Positions 1-9,607 of a DNA stretch of 48,495 bases are shown one piece after another. Numbering within the stretch: the first letter of the stretch is position 1; every line of letters starts with the position of its first letter. The stretch lies in NCBI GenBank assembly GCA_035601615.1, contig DATNNX010000252.1, forward strand, positions 1 to 48,495. The letters are read 5' to 3'. The position numbers were made by a program, and so were the translations under genes. Below the pieces are notes generated by a model. The model searched no databases and was not told where the DNA came from. It saw only the letters and a program-made list of their open reading frames with translations. This DNA is from Xanthobacteraceae bacterium. GTDB taxonomy: Bacteria; Pseudomonadota; Alphaproteobacteria; Rhizobiales; Xanthobacteraceae.

Positions 1-1
1 G

Positions 2-1213
2 GGCGGCCCGGCGCTCATCGAGATTCCCGCCGAGGTGTGGGAGGCAAAGTACGCGGGCGAGCTCGACTACTGGCCCGTGCCGGTGCAGCGCGCAGCTCCC
101 GATCCCGACGCGGTCAAGACGGTGGTGCGCATGCTGCTCAAGGCGAAGGCTCCGTTGCTGTTGGCGGGGCAGGGCGTGCTCTATGCCGAAGCAAGCGACC
201 GTCTCACAGCCTTGGCCGAGCTCATTCCGGCGCCGGTCCTCACCACCAATCCGGGCAAGAGCGCCATTGCCGAAACCCATCCGCTCGCGCTCGGCGCGTC
301 GACGCGCTCGCGGCCGAAAATGGTGACCGACTTCATGGCCAAAGCCGACCTCGTGCTGGCGATTGGATCGAGCCTCACTCGCACCCCGTTCGGCCCTGGC
401 GTACCGCCGGGTAAGACGATCATTCATTCGACCAACGACGCCTCGGATATCAACAAGGAATACCGCGTCGACCATGCGGTGATTGGCGATGCCGCGCTCG
501 TGCTCGACGCCTTCATCGCTGAGGTCGGCCGGCAAAAGGGCGCAGGCGGAGCCAACGCGCTCGCCTCCCTCAAGGAGGACGTGGCCGCCGCCAAGAAAGC
601 CTGGCTCGCGGAATGGGACAAGCAGCTCAATTCCGAGGAAATGCCGATCAACCAGTACCGTGTGATCCGCGATCTCATGCGCAGCGTTGACCGCGACAAC
701 GTCATCATCACTCATGATTCCGGCGGGCCGCGTGAACAGCTCATCCCGTTCTGGGAGACGAGCGCGCCCGGCTCCTACATGGGTTGGGGCAAGTCGACTC
801 AGCTCGGCTACGGGCTGGGCATCACCATGGGGGCAAAGCTCGCCGCGCCGGAGAAGCTTTGCGTCAACATCATGGGAGACGCGTCGATCGGCATGACCGG
901 CATGGACATCGAGACCGCGGCGCGCAATCGCATCGCGATTCTCACCATCGTCTTCAACAACGGCGTGATGGCCGCCGAGCGCGACGTGCTCCAAGTATCG
1001 ACCAAGAAATACGGCGCGCTGACCGTCGGCGGCAACTACGCGAAAGTGGCCGAGGGCCTCAACGTCGCCGCGATGCGGATCGAGAAGCCCGGCGATATCG
1101 CGCCGGCAATCAAGGACGCCGTGCGTGTCACCGAAGGCGGCGCGCCGTTTTTGCTCGAAGTCGTCGTCAAGGAAGGCTACGACTTCTCGCGCTATCCGCT
1201 GGAGGGGTTGTAG
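2..1213 (+). CDS. Thiamine-diphosphate-dependent enzyme (acetolactate-synthase-like), 5' end outside the window
   Basis: The frame is open to the window edge (GGPALIEIPAEVWEAKY...); the ORF track lists 35..1213. It has the central and C-terminal TPP-binding domains, with the GD..NN motif (NIMGDASIGMTGMDIETAARNRIAILTIVFNNG). Confidence 0.85.
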   Translation, partial: GGPALIEIPAEVWEAKYAGELDYWPVPVQRAAPDPDAVKTVVRMLLKAKAPLLLAGQGVLYAEASDRLTALAELIPAPVLTTNPGKSAIAETHPLALGASTRSRPKMVTDFMAKADLVLAIGSSLTRTPFGPGVPPGKTIIHSTNDASDINKEYRVDHAVIGDAALVLDAFIAEVGRQKGAGGANALASLKEDVAAAKKAWLAEWDKQLNSEEMPINQYRVIRDLMRSVDRDNVIITHDSGGPREQLIPFWETSAPGSYMGWGKSTQLGYGLGITMGAKLAAPEKLCVNIMGDASIGMTGMDIETAARNRIAILTIVFNNGVMAAERDVLQVSTKKYGALTVGGNYAKVAEGLNVAAMRIEKPGDIAPAIKDAVRVTEGGAPFLLEVVVKEGYDFSRYPLEGL

Positions 1214-1340
1214 GGTGAGCAAAATCGCATGCCGTGTCGCGAGGCAGTAACCGAGACTGTGGGCGATTTTGCCCACGCGGTATGGACACGTGTAGGCACG
1301 GCGGCGGGTTCGAGCCCCGTGCCGCGCCTTTGCCCACCCG
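1213..1340. repeat. REP-like intergenic palindromic element, family A, copy 1
   Basis: GGGTGAGCAAAATCGC (1213-1228) is roughly the reverse complement of GCGATTTTGCCCAC (1263-1276). CGCGCCTTTGCCCACCC (1323-1339) is the exact reverse complement of 14937-14953. The element lies between two convergent genes. Confidence 0.6.
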
Positions 1341-1355
1341 ACAGGGCCGTCGAAC

Positions 1356-2126
1356 TCACTCCGTCTTCCACGGCACGGCTTTGCGCTCGATTTCCTGGAA
1401 CAGCACCGATGTGATCAGCCCGAGGATGCCGATGGTCACGATGCCCACGAACATCACGTCCACCTGGAGCAGCTCCCACGAATTCCAGATCAGGTAGCCA
1501 ATCCCGCTCTTGGTGGCGACGAATTCTGACGCGACCAGAACGATGAACGAGACTGCGAGCGCAATGCGAAGCCCGGCGAAAATCGTCGGCAACGCGCCGA
1601 AGAATACGATGCGGCTGAATATCACGGTCTGGCTCGCGCCGTAATTCTTCGCCACGTCCCAGTAGATCCGCTCGATATTCGCGCCCCCGACATAAGTGTT
1701 CACGACCACGGGGAAGAACACGGCGATGGCGACGAGGGCGACTTTCGAGGCGTCGCCGAATCCGAACGCGAGCAGCAGAAGCGGCATCAGGGCGATCTTG
1801 GGGATCGGAAACAGCGCGGCGATCAGCGGATCGACGGCGATGCGCACCGGCTTGAACATGGCCATGAGCAGCCCGATCGCCACCGCCGGCACCGCGCCGA
1901 TGATATAGCCGAGAAAGACGCGATAGAGGGTCACGCCCACGTGCCATTCGAGCTCGCCGGTTCCCGCGAGCGTGATGAAACGCTGCGCGATATCGCTGGG
2001 CGCAGGCACGAAGCGGCGGTCGCCGATCCCGGCCATCAGCAGGATTTGCCAGATCACGAGAAAAGCGATTGGCGAGATCAGATAAAGGAATCGCTCGCGC
2101 GTCTTGCTGGACATCTCGATCGTCAT
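1356..2126 (-). CDS. ABC transporter permease, NitT/TauT (nitrate/sulfonate/taurine) type
   Basis: Multi-TM protein with a typical binding-protein-dependent permease core (ALFPIPKIALMPLLLLAFGFGDASKV). I take the start at ATG 2126 (MTIEMSSK), which is preceded by GAGGAG. Confidence 0.85.
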   Translation of the reverse strand: MTIEMSSKTRERFLYLISPIAFLVIWQILLMAGIGDRRFVPAPSDIAQRFITLAGTGELEWHVGVTLYRVFLGYIIGAVPAVAIGLLMAMFKPVRIAVDPLIAALFPIPKIALMPLLLLAFGFGDASKVALVAIAVFFPVVVNTYVGGANIERIYWDVAKNYGASQTVIFSRIVFFGALPTIFAGLRIALAVSFIVLVASEFVATKSGIGYLIWNSWELLQVDVMFVGIVTIGILGLITSVLFQEIERKAVPWKTE

Positions 2127-2245
2127 GAGGGCTCCTCTTTCCAATCCCTGAGGATGCGTTGAGCGCGCACTTTGCGCGCGAAACCCATCGACCCAGCGTT
2201 GACGAGAGACCATGGGTTTCGCTTACGCTCAAGCCATCCTACGGT

Positions 2246-3043
2246 TCATTTCTCCTCGTCGCGGCGCGCGCGTGTGACCTCGTCCTCCAACACCCGCCAG
2301 ATGTCGAGCTTGAGGCGTCCAAACTCCGGCGAGGCCGACAAGGTCATGGGATCTCGCGGCCGCGCAAAGGGCACGTCCACGATCTGCTTGATGCGGCCGG
2401 GCTGGGCGGTCATCACCACGGTGCGATCGCCGAGCAACAACGCTTCCTCGATCGAATGGGTGACGTAGATCACGGTTTTGCGGGTCTGCTCCCAGATGCG
2501 CAGCAGCTCGGCCTGAAGGATGGTGCGGTTCTGGGCATCGAGCGCGGCAAACGGCTCGTCCATCAGCAGCATGCCCGGGTCGGTCACGAAGGCGCGGGCA
2601 ATCGCGCTTCTTTGCCGCATCCCGCCCGAGAGCTGGTGCGGATAGTGCCGGCGGAACTTGGTGAGCCCGACGAGCTTCAGCGCGGCCTCGACCCGTGCGG
2701 CCGCTTCGCCAGCGGGAACGCCGCGCGTCATGAGGCCGAATCTGACATTGGCCTCGACGCTCATCCAGGGAAACAGGCCGCTCTCCTGGAACACCATGGC
2801 GTTCTCGACCGCCCAGCCCGGTGCGTCGACTCTAATCGTGCCACCGCTCGGCGGCGTAAGACCGGCGAGGATGCGCAGCAGGGTCGACTTGCCGCAGCCC
2901 GAGGGACCGACGATGCAGACGAATTCGCCCGGCGCAATGCGCAGGTCGATGTCGTCGAGCGCAAGGACGCGCGCGGAGCCGCTCAGGTAAACCTTGCGCA
3001 AGCCTGCGATGTCGATTGCCGCGCCGCGCCGCTCGCCGGGCAT
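2246..3043 (-). CDS. ABC transporter ATP-binding protein, NitT/TauT type
   Basis: Walker A GPSGCGKST, ABC signature LSGGMRQR and Walker B LLMDEPF are present. Confidence 0.92.
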   Translation of the reverse strand: MPGERRGAAIDIAGLRKVYLSGSARVLALDDIDLRIAPGEFVCIVGPSGCGKSTLLRILAGLTPPSGGTIRVDAPGWAVENAMVFQESGLFPWMSVEANVRFGLMTRGVPAGEAAARVEAALKLVGLTKFRRHYPHQLSGGMRQRSAIARAFVTDPGMLLMDEPFAALDAQNRTILQAELLRIWEQTRKTVIYVTHSIEEALLLGDRTVVMTAQPGRIKQIVDVPFARPRDPMTLSASPEFGRLKLDIWRVLEDEVTRARRDEEK

Positions 3044-3072
3044 TCGTTGTCTCTCCCGCGGGGCGTGTTGCG

Positions 3073-4110
3073 TCAGCGGCAGCCGGCGAGCGTGCTCTCC
3101 TTATTCTCGAGCACGAATGGGTGAAGCTTGCGCAGCGCGTAGTCGACGTAGCTTTTGTCCACCACCCGATCGGCCGGAAACTCGGCATTGCTCATCTTGC
3201 TCCTGTGGAACCAGGCCTGCATGTCGAGCATGCTCGCGATATTGATTTCGCCGTTGGGGCTGCGGGCCGGCCAGGGATATTTGTGCAGCAATTCGGGGCG
3301 AGTTTCGGTGCCGCTGCGGATTGCGAGCTCGATGAAGGCGGCGCGGACCGAGCCGCCGTGATAGGCCTGGCAATAATCGCGGATGGCGCGCAGATAGGCG
3401 AGGTAGTAGTTGCGCATGAGGTCCTGATTGGCGCTGGCGAAATCGGTGTTGATCATGCTCACGGCGATGGTGAGTGGATACGGCTTTACCACGTCGTCGG
3501 GGTCCTTGAAGTTCACGGCATGCCCGCCGTCGAGCAGCTGCGCGGTGAATGGCGGAATCGTGATTGCAGCGTCGATCGCTCTGTTGTTGAAGGCGACGGC
3601 GTATTGTGTGAAGGGAATGACCTTGATCTCGACGTCGTCGAGAGTGAGCCCGTCGCTCTCGAGGAGCTTGCCGACCTCATAGGTCGACACCGCGCCCTGG
3701 CCGTTGGTGGCGATGGTCTTACCCTTGAGCTGCCGCAACCGGGTGATCTGGCCTTTGAGGTCGGGGCGCAGCATCAGGTTGTGGCCGAGCGGGCTCGAGA
3801 CGCGATCGAGCACCATCGTGACCGGCAAATTCTTTTCCAGCGCGTTGAAATAGCCGGCGGAAATCCCTCCCTCTACGAGCTGCAGCTGGTTCTGCGCCAA
3901 AAGCGCGATCGAGTTGGCGGCGGTGTCGAGGTTTTCGGTGACAACCTTGATGCCATGCTCCTTGAAGTAGCCCTTTTCCACGCCCCACAGAATGGTGGCG
4001 GTGGAAATCGAGCGCACCGTGCCGACTTTAACCGTGACCTCCTGCGCATTGGCCGCGAGGGCGGTGGCAACGATGGCGAAAGAGGCGAACAGAGTGCGCC
4101 GAAGCCTCAT
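3073..4110 (-). CDS. ABC transporter periplasmic substrate-binding protein (NMT1/SsuA-like)
   Basis: Sec signal peptide MRLRRTLFASFAIVATALAANAQE. It sits first in an operon with the ATPase and permease, 29 nt upstream of the ATPase. Confidence 0.8.
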   Translation of the reverse strand: MRLRRTLFASFAIVATALAANAQEVTVKVGTVRSISTATILWGVEKGYFKEHGIKVVTENLDTAANSIALLAQNQLQLVEGGISAGYFNALEKNLPVTMVLDRVSSPLGHNLMLRPDLKGQITRLRQLKGKTIATNGQGAVSTYEVGKLLESDGLTLDDVEIKVIPFTQYAVAFNNRAIDAAITIPPFTAQLLDGGHAVNFKDPDDVVKPYPLTIAVSMINTDFASANQDLMRNYYLAYLRAIRDYCQAYHGGSVRAAFIELAIRSGTETRPELLHKYPWPARSPNGEINIASMLDMQAWFHRSKMSNAEFPADRVVDKSYVDYALRKLHPFVLENKESTLAGCR

Positions 4111-4316
4111 GCAGTTTCTCCCTTGGCGCGGATGAACGCGCTCATGTGATTTGCTGAACCCTCGGCCTCGTGTCCGTCACGCGGCGGCGCAGTGGATTAT
4201 AGCGGAAAGTGTTCGGCCGACCACAAATGGCCGCCGCGGCCGATTGGCAACGGCATGCACGCTTGGATAGGGTCGATCGCAGAACAGATGGACTGCTGCA
4301 GCAGGGCGATCGTGCA

Positions 4317-6722
4317 ATGCTGACCAAAGCTTCGGCTCACGCCGGTTCCTTCATCGGGCGCCCCTTGCCGCGGTTCGAGGATCTGCGCTTTGTCCGCGGG
4401 AGCGGCAATTACACCGACGACGTCTCGCTGCCGGATCAGACCTACGCCGTATTCGTGCGCGCTCCGCACGCGCATGCCCGTATCGTGTCGATCGACACGT
4501 CGGCGGCGCGCCGCCGTCCAGGCGTGATCGCCGCGCTCGTCGGAGAGGATTATCTCGCCGACGGCCATATCGGTATGGCGCATCTTCCCAATCCGGCCGA
4601 CGCCCACGACGTGACGATGCCGAGCTTCCAGCCCACGCCGGAGCGCGAGGTCCTCGACCTGCTGCACTTGCCGCTTGCTAACGATTGCGTGCGCTTTGTC
4701 GGCGAGGCGGTCGCAATGGTGGTTGCCGAAACGCTTGCCGCCGCGCGCGATGCTGCCGAGGCGGTCGCGGTCGAGTACCAAGTCCTGCCGGCGGTAACCG
4801 ACGTCATGGAAGCGCTCGCGGACGACGCGCCCAGCATCTGGCCGCAGGCGCCCGGCAACGTCGCACTCGATTGCGCTTTCGGCGACCGCGCCGCCGTCGA
4901 GGCCGTCATGACCTCCGCGCACCTCGTCGTCCACGCGACGATCCGCAATCAGCGTACTTGCAGCGCGTTTATGGAGCCGCGTGCGGCGATCGGCAGCTAC
5001 GAGGCGACGGCAGCACGATATACGTTGATCTCGGGATGCCAGGGCGCGCATCGCCTGCGACACGCGCTGGCCGGCTGCCTCAAAGTGCCGCAAGATCACG
5101 TGCACGTGCTCTGTCCCGATGTGGGCGGCGCGTTCGGCTCGCGATTCAATATTTATCCCGAGCAGGTCGCAGTGGTGTGGGCGGCACGCCGTCTCGGTCG
5201 TCCGGTGAAATGGACGGGCGAGCGCGGCGAAGCGTTCCTCACCGACTATACCGCGCGCGACGTCGTCACTCGCGCGCAGCTCGCTTTCAATCGCCGCGGC
5301 CGCATGCTCGCGCTGGCGCTCGAGCTCACCGCCAATACCGGAGCGCACACCGTCTCATACGTTCCACTCAGCAACGGTTATCGCGTTGCCCCGACGGTCT
5401 ATGACGTTCCGACCGCATGGGTGCGCCTGCGCGGCGTGATGACCAACACCGTGCCGACGGCGCCGTTTCGCGGCGCCGGACGGCCCGAAGCTACCACGGT
5501 CATGGAGCGGCTCATCGACATCGCTGCAAGTCGCTTGAACATCAACCGGGTAGAGCTACGCCGGCGCAATCTGATCCGGCACGAGAACCTGCCCCACCGC
5601 ACGGCAACCGGGCTCACTTACGACAGCGGCGATTTTGCCGGCAATCTCGCCCGCGCGCTTGAAGCTGCCGACTGGGACGGCTTTCCGGCGCGTCGCAAGG
5701 AGGCGAAGAAGCGAGGCCGGCTGCTAGGAATCGGTGTAGCCAATTACGTCGAGACGCCGGTCGGCATGCCGCACGAGCGTGTCGCCATCAAGGTCTCGCC
5801 CGCGGGCCATGTCGCGCTCGTCGTCGGGACCCAGTCGAGTGGGCAGGGCCACGAGACGAGTTTCAGGCAGGTCGTGGCGGATCAGCTCGGCATCGACCCA
5901 CAGGCGATCGAATTCATCAGCGGTGACAGCGCGGCGCTTGCTTCCGGCGGCGGGACTCACTCCGACCGTTCCATGCGGCTCGCCGGATCGCTGATGGTCG
6001 AGACGTCGCGGGCGGTGATCGAAAAGGCTCGCCGCATCGCCGCGGTCGTGCTCGAGGTCGCCGCAGGCGACATTTCCTTCGCGGACGGCCTGTTCGTGGC
6101 GCCGAACAGCAATCGCCGGCTGAGCCTGTTCGATATTGCGCGCGCCGCTGACGAGCTCGCCTCGCTGCCCGACGATCTGCGCGGTCCGCTCGCGGCGGAA
6201 GCGAGCTTTACCGGGCGGATTCCCGCCTATCCGACTGGAGCCGCCGTCTGTGAGGCCGAGGTCGATCCGCAAACCGGCGCCATCGAAATCCGCCGCTACA
6301 CCTCGATCGACGACGGCGGACAGCCGATCAACCCGCTCATTCTGCATGGCCAGGTGCATGGCGGGGTGGCGCAAGGCGTGGGCCAAGCGATGCTGGAGGC
6401 AGCCGTCTACGAGCCCGGATCGGGCCAGCTCATCTCCGCAAGCTTTCTCGACTATGCTGTCCCGCGCGCAGATCACTTTCCGCATCTCGAGGTCGCGCTG
6501 ACGGAAGATCCGACCAAGGGCAACGCGCTGCGCGTCAAGGGCGGCGGCGAGGCCGGCATCACGCCGAGCTCGGCCGTGCTCCTGAATGCCGTCATCGACG
6601 CGCTCTCGGGGCTCGGCATCGAGCACATGGACCCGCCCGCCACGCCGCAGCGCGTGTGGCAGGCGATCCGCGCTGCGCGGGAGACAAAGCGCCTCAGCGC
6701 GGATTCCACGGATTCCAATTGA
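4317..6722 (+). CDS. Xanthine-dehydrogenase-family molybdopterin-binding large subunit (CoxL-like, not a form-I CO dehydrogenase)
   Basis: N-terminal FIGRPLPRFEDLRFVRGSGNYTDD and active-site-loop region TAPFRGAGRPEAT, roughly 800 aa. I take the start at ATG 4317 (MLTKASAH). Confidence 0.85.
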   Translation: MLTKASAHAGSFIGRPLPRFEDLRFVRGSGNYTDDVSLPDQTYAVFVRAPHAHARIVSIDTSAARRRPGVIAALVGEDYLADGHIGMAHLPNPADAHDVTMPSFQPTPEREVLDLLHLPLANDCVRFVGEAVAMVVAETLAAARDAAEAVAVEYQVLPAVTDVMEALADDAPSIWPQAPGNVALDCAFGDRAAVEAVMTSAHLVVHATIRNQRTCSAFMEPRAAIGSYEATAARYTLISGCQGAHRLRHALAGCLKVPQDHVHVLCPDVGGAFGSRFNIYPEQVAVVWAARRLGRPVKWTGERGEAFLTDYTARDVVTRAQLAFNRRGRMLALALELTANTGAHTVSYVPLSNGYRVAPTVYDVPTAWVRLRGVMTNTVPTAPFRGAGRPEATTVMERLIDIAASRLNINRVELRRRNLIRHENLPHRTATGLTYDSGDFAGNLARALEAADWDGFPARRKEAKKRGRLLGIGVANYVETPVGMPHERVAIKVSPAGHVALVVGTQSSGQGHETSFRQVVADQLGIDPQAIEFISGDSAALASGGGTHSDRSMRLAGSLMVETSRAVIEKARRIAAVVLEVAAGDISFADGLFVAPNSNRRLSLFDIARAADELASLPDDLRGPLAAEASFTGRIPAYPTGAAVCEAEVDPQTGAIEIRRYTSIDDGGQPINPLILHGQVHGGVAQGVGQAMLEAAVYEPGSGQLISASFLDYAVPRADHFPHLEVALTEDPTKGNALRVKGGGEAGITPSSAVLLNAVIDALSGLGIEHMDPPATPQRVWQAIRAARETKRLSADSTDSN

Positions 6723-6742
6723 GTTGTGGGAATCGTTCCGTT

Positions 6743-6836
6743 GTCATTCCGGGCCCGCGCGCAGCGAAGAAGCCTGGAATCCATAACGGCTTGATCATGG
6801 ATTTCAGGTTCGCCGCTTTGCGGCGCCCCGCACGAC
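6743..6836. repeat. Composite palindromic intergenic repeat (family B)
   Basis: The left arm GTCATTCCGGGCCCGCGCGCAGCGAAGAAGCCTGGAATCCAT and the right arm ATGGATTTCAGGTTCGCCGCTTTGCGGCGCCCCGCACGAC are imperfect reverse complements. Each arm can also fold on itself. Confidence 0.55.
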
Positions 6837-6860
6837 CGTGTACTTAAGCGCAGACCGAGA

Positions 6861-7439
6861 TCAGTTTGCGGCGGCGCTGCTGCCCTTCGCAGCGGCGGCG
6901 GGAGTCGGACGCGCGGATGCCGCCGGCGCCCGGCCGGGCAGATACTTGGCGACGACCGAGCGATCGAGCTGCGCCATGGCGCTGTCCGGCAAGCGCTTCC
7001 ACACCTCGTCCATGCCGAGCAGCGGAATGCCGAGATAGCCGCGTACGGTCAGCACCTGGCCGTCCGCGCTCAGTGTCATCATCGCGCGGTAGATGGTCCC
7101 ATCGCGCGGATCGAGGATATTGCCGTTCTCATAGCGCAGCCCGTTGCGCCGCATATCTCGGATGAAGGAGAGGCCGAGCAGCGGTGCATTTCTGCGGTCG
7201 TCGGTGCATCGGTCGCAGGTCGGATGAGGACTATCGCCGGGACGCGCAAACAGCTTCGCAAATGCTCCCTCAACGACGCCGTTGCGCTCCACGAAGATGA
7301 ACCATCCGACCGACTTGCCGGCCTCGTCCTTCTTCTCCCATAGCCCGGCAATAGTCGGCTCTGCGGCTTTGCCGGGAAGGGCAGCGCTCGTGAACGCCAC
7401 CACGCCCGCGATGAGCAATATCGAAATCCGCGTTTTCAA
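6861..7439 (-). CDS. Exported DUF2147-family protein
   Basis: Signal peptide [25 protein letters not shown]. Family hallmarks GLW..., [16 protein letters not shown] and [21 protein letters not shown] are present. Confidence 0.8.
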   Translation of the reverse strand: MKTRISILLIAGVVAFTSAALPGKAAEPTIAGLWEKKDEAGKSVGWFIFVERNGVVEGAFAKLFARPGDSPHPTCDRCTDDRRNAPLLGLSFIRDMRRNGLRYENGNILDPRDGTIYRAMMTLSADGQVLTVRGYLGIPLLGMDEVWKRLPDSAMAQLDRSVVAKYLPGRAPAASARPTPAAAAKGSSAAAN

Positions 7440-7712
7440 GGCGCAATCCCCCCTGTGAGGCTTAGACCGCCATCGCGCAACAATATGCCCATTTCAGGGC
7501 GCGCCACGGCAGCGCGTTCGCTTGCGCCACGCAGAGAGACGCGATTCTGTCGCAATACCCGCCATGGTCCGGAAAAATCTCGCGTCTGACAGCGATTCCA
7601 CCGCTTTTGCTTGTCGCGGCGCTGGGCCGCAGGTCATGAACTCCACCGCGCGCCTCGCGGCGAATGCGGAGAGAGTGGTAGATTGCTAGGCAAGCCCAGG
7701 CACTACTTCCCC

Positions 7713-8846
7713 ATGTCGCTGATTTACCGACTCGCATCCCGCAACTTATTGCACGACCGGCTGCGTTTCATCGCGACCGTCATCGGCATCGTCTTTTCCG
7801 TGGTGCTCGTGACCATCCAGCTGGGACTCTATTTGGGGTTCGGGCGAATCGTCACCACGATGATCGATCACGCATCCGCCGATTTATGGATCATGCCGCC
7901 TGGAACGAAGTGCTTCGAGGATCCCTCGACACTCGACGAGCGCACGCGATTTCAAGCGCTCTCGATTGAGGGCGTGGCGCAAGCCGCTCCGGTCGTCATC
8001 GGCTATGCCGACTGGCGGATACCCGCGGGCGGAACCTTCCCGGTCTTCATCGTCGCGTCGGACCTGAGAGAGGGGGGATTGCTGCCCTGGAATTTGGTCG
8101 AAGGCAGCCTCGAGGCGCTGGCCATCCCCGGCGCGGTTGCGGTCGACCGGTCCTACTTCGACCGGCTCGGCATCCACGGGATCGGGGCAAACGCGGAGAT
8201 TCGCGGCCAGAAGGTGGAGGTGCGGGCGGTCACGAACGGCATCCGCTCATTCACCACAACGCCTTACGTCTTTACGACGCTCGATCGCGGGCGCGCCTTT
8301 ACCGCAACGCCAGCGAATAAAGTCACGTATTTTCTGGTGCGCGTCTCTCCTGGCGCCGACGTGGAGAGCGTGCGCCGTCGCCTCACGGCGAATCTCTCCG
8401 ACGTCGATGTCCTCACGACCGCCGACTTTCGCGACCGCAGCCGCTCCTTCTGGCTGTTCGGCACCGGCGCCGGCTTCGCGCTGTTCGCGGGCGCGTTGCT
8501 CGGGATGGTCGTGGGTACTGTCATCGTCGCACAGACGCTCTATTCCAGCACCAAGGATCACATCAACGAGTTCGCGACGCTGCGTGCCATCGGCTCCTCG
8601 CGGCTCTATATCCACAAGGTCATCGTCTGCCAGGCGCTGATCAGTGCGGTGATCGGATTCTGTCTCGCTGCCGGCGTGGGATTGGTCGTGGTCGCCGCGA
8701 CCGCGGATACCGCGTTGCCCATCGTGATGACGCCCGCACTCACTTTGGTGCTGTTCCTGCTGACGCTTCTGATGTGCGTCATCTCGGCGGTCGCCGCGAT
8801 CGTGCAGGTGACGCGCATCGATCCTGTGATGGTGTTCACGCGATGA
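7713..8846 (+). CDS. FtsX-fold ABC exporter permease (DevC-like)
   Basis: N-terminal MSLIYRLASRNLLHDRLRFIATVIGIVFSV, a large periplasmic loop and a C-terminal 3-TM FtsX domain. Its stop overlaps the next start (ATGA at 8843-8846). Confidence 0.8.
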   Translation: MSLIYRLASRNLLHDRLRFIATVIGIVFSVVLVTIQLGLYLGFGRIVTTMIDHASADLWIMPPGTKCFEDPSTLDERTRFQALSIEGVAQAAPVVIGYADWRIPAGGTFPVFIVASDLREGGLLPWNLVEGSLEALAIPGAVAVDRSYFDRLGIHGIGANAEIRGQKVEVRAVTNGIRSFTTTPYVFTTLDRGRAFTATPANKVTYFLVRVSPGADVESVRRRLTANLSDVDVLTTADFRDRSRSFWLFGTGAGFALFAGALLGMVVGTVIVAQTLYSSTKDHINEFATLRAIGSSRLYIHKVIVCQALISAVIGFCLAAGVGLVVVAATADTALPIVMTPALTLVLFLLTLLMCVISAVAAIVQVTRIDPVMVFTR

Positions 8847-9607
8847 TCGAGCCCGTCGTCCAGGCCGTCGATATCGTGAAGTGGCTGGGAAAGGGGGCGG
8901 CGCAGGTGCAAGCTCTCAAGGGTATCAGCTTGGCGCTCCGGGGCGGCGAATTGACGCTGCTGATGGGCCCCTCCGGCAGCGGCAAGACTACGCTTCTCTC
9001 GATCCTCGGATGCATGCTCACGCCGACGCGCGGCACCGTCCGCATGAGGGGCCGTTCGACGGAAGGTGCTGGGCCCGAGGAGCTGGCGAAACTCCGGCGC
9101 GAGCACGTGGGCTTCATCTTCCAGTCCTATCATCTGTTCCCAACCTTGACGGCCACCGACAACGTGCGTTTGGCGCTCGACGTACGCGGGGACAACTCCG
9201 CCCGCGCCATCGCCAAGTCCAAAGACGCCTTGGCGATGGTCGGCCTGGCGGGCAAGGTCAACGCATTTCCGCTCGAGCTCAGCGGCGGCGAGCAACAGCG
9301 CGTCGCCATTGCGCGGGCGATCGTGGGAGAGCCGTCGGCGGTTCTCGCGGACGAGCCCACGGCTTCGCTGGATGGCGAGAACGGCAACGCAATCATGACC
9401 CTCTTGGCCGAGATCGCCAAGGATTCCTCGCGCGGGGTGTTGGTCGTCGCGCACGACCCGCGTATATTGTGCTTTGCTGATCGCGTAGTTCACATCGAGG
9501 ACGGATGCATCATTCGCGAAGAGCGCGGCGATGCCGCGCTCAAGAAAGACCATGGCGAGTGCGCCGCCCATGATCGCGCCGACAAACCTGACCGGATGGA
9601 AAACTAA
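8843..9607 (+). CDS. ABC exporter ATP-binding protein (DevA/LolD/MacB type)
   Basis: Walker A GPSGSGKTT, signature LSGGEQQRVAIARA and Walker B VLADEPT. ATGA coupling to the permease gene. Confidence 0.9.
   Translation: MIEPVVQAVDIVKWLGKGAAQVQALKGISLALRGGELTLLMGPSGSGKTTLLSILGCMLTPTRGTVRMRGRSTEGAGPEELAKLRREHVGFIFQSYHLFPTLTATDNVRLALDVRGDNSARAIAKSKDALAMVGLAGKVNAFPLELSGGEQQRVAIARAIVGEPSAVLADEPTASLDGENGNAIMTLLAEIAKDSSRGVLVVAHDPRILCFADRVVHIEDGCIIREERGDAALKKDHGECAAHDRADKPDRMEN

Noticed and set aside
4317-6722. Possible aerobic CO dehydrogenase large subunit (CoxL)
   Set aside because: The active-site loop reads PFRGAGR and lacks the Cys-containing form-I signature (AYxCSFR as I remember it). No coxM, coxS or accessory genes are adjacent. 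I kept it only as a generic XDH-family large subunit.
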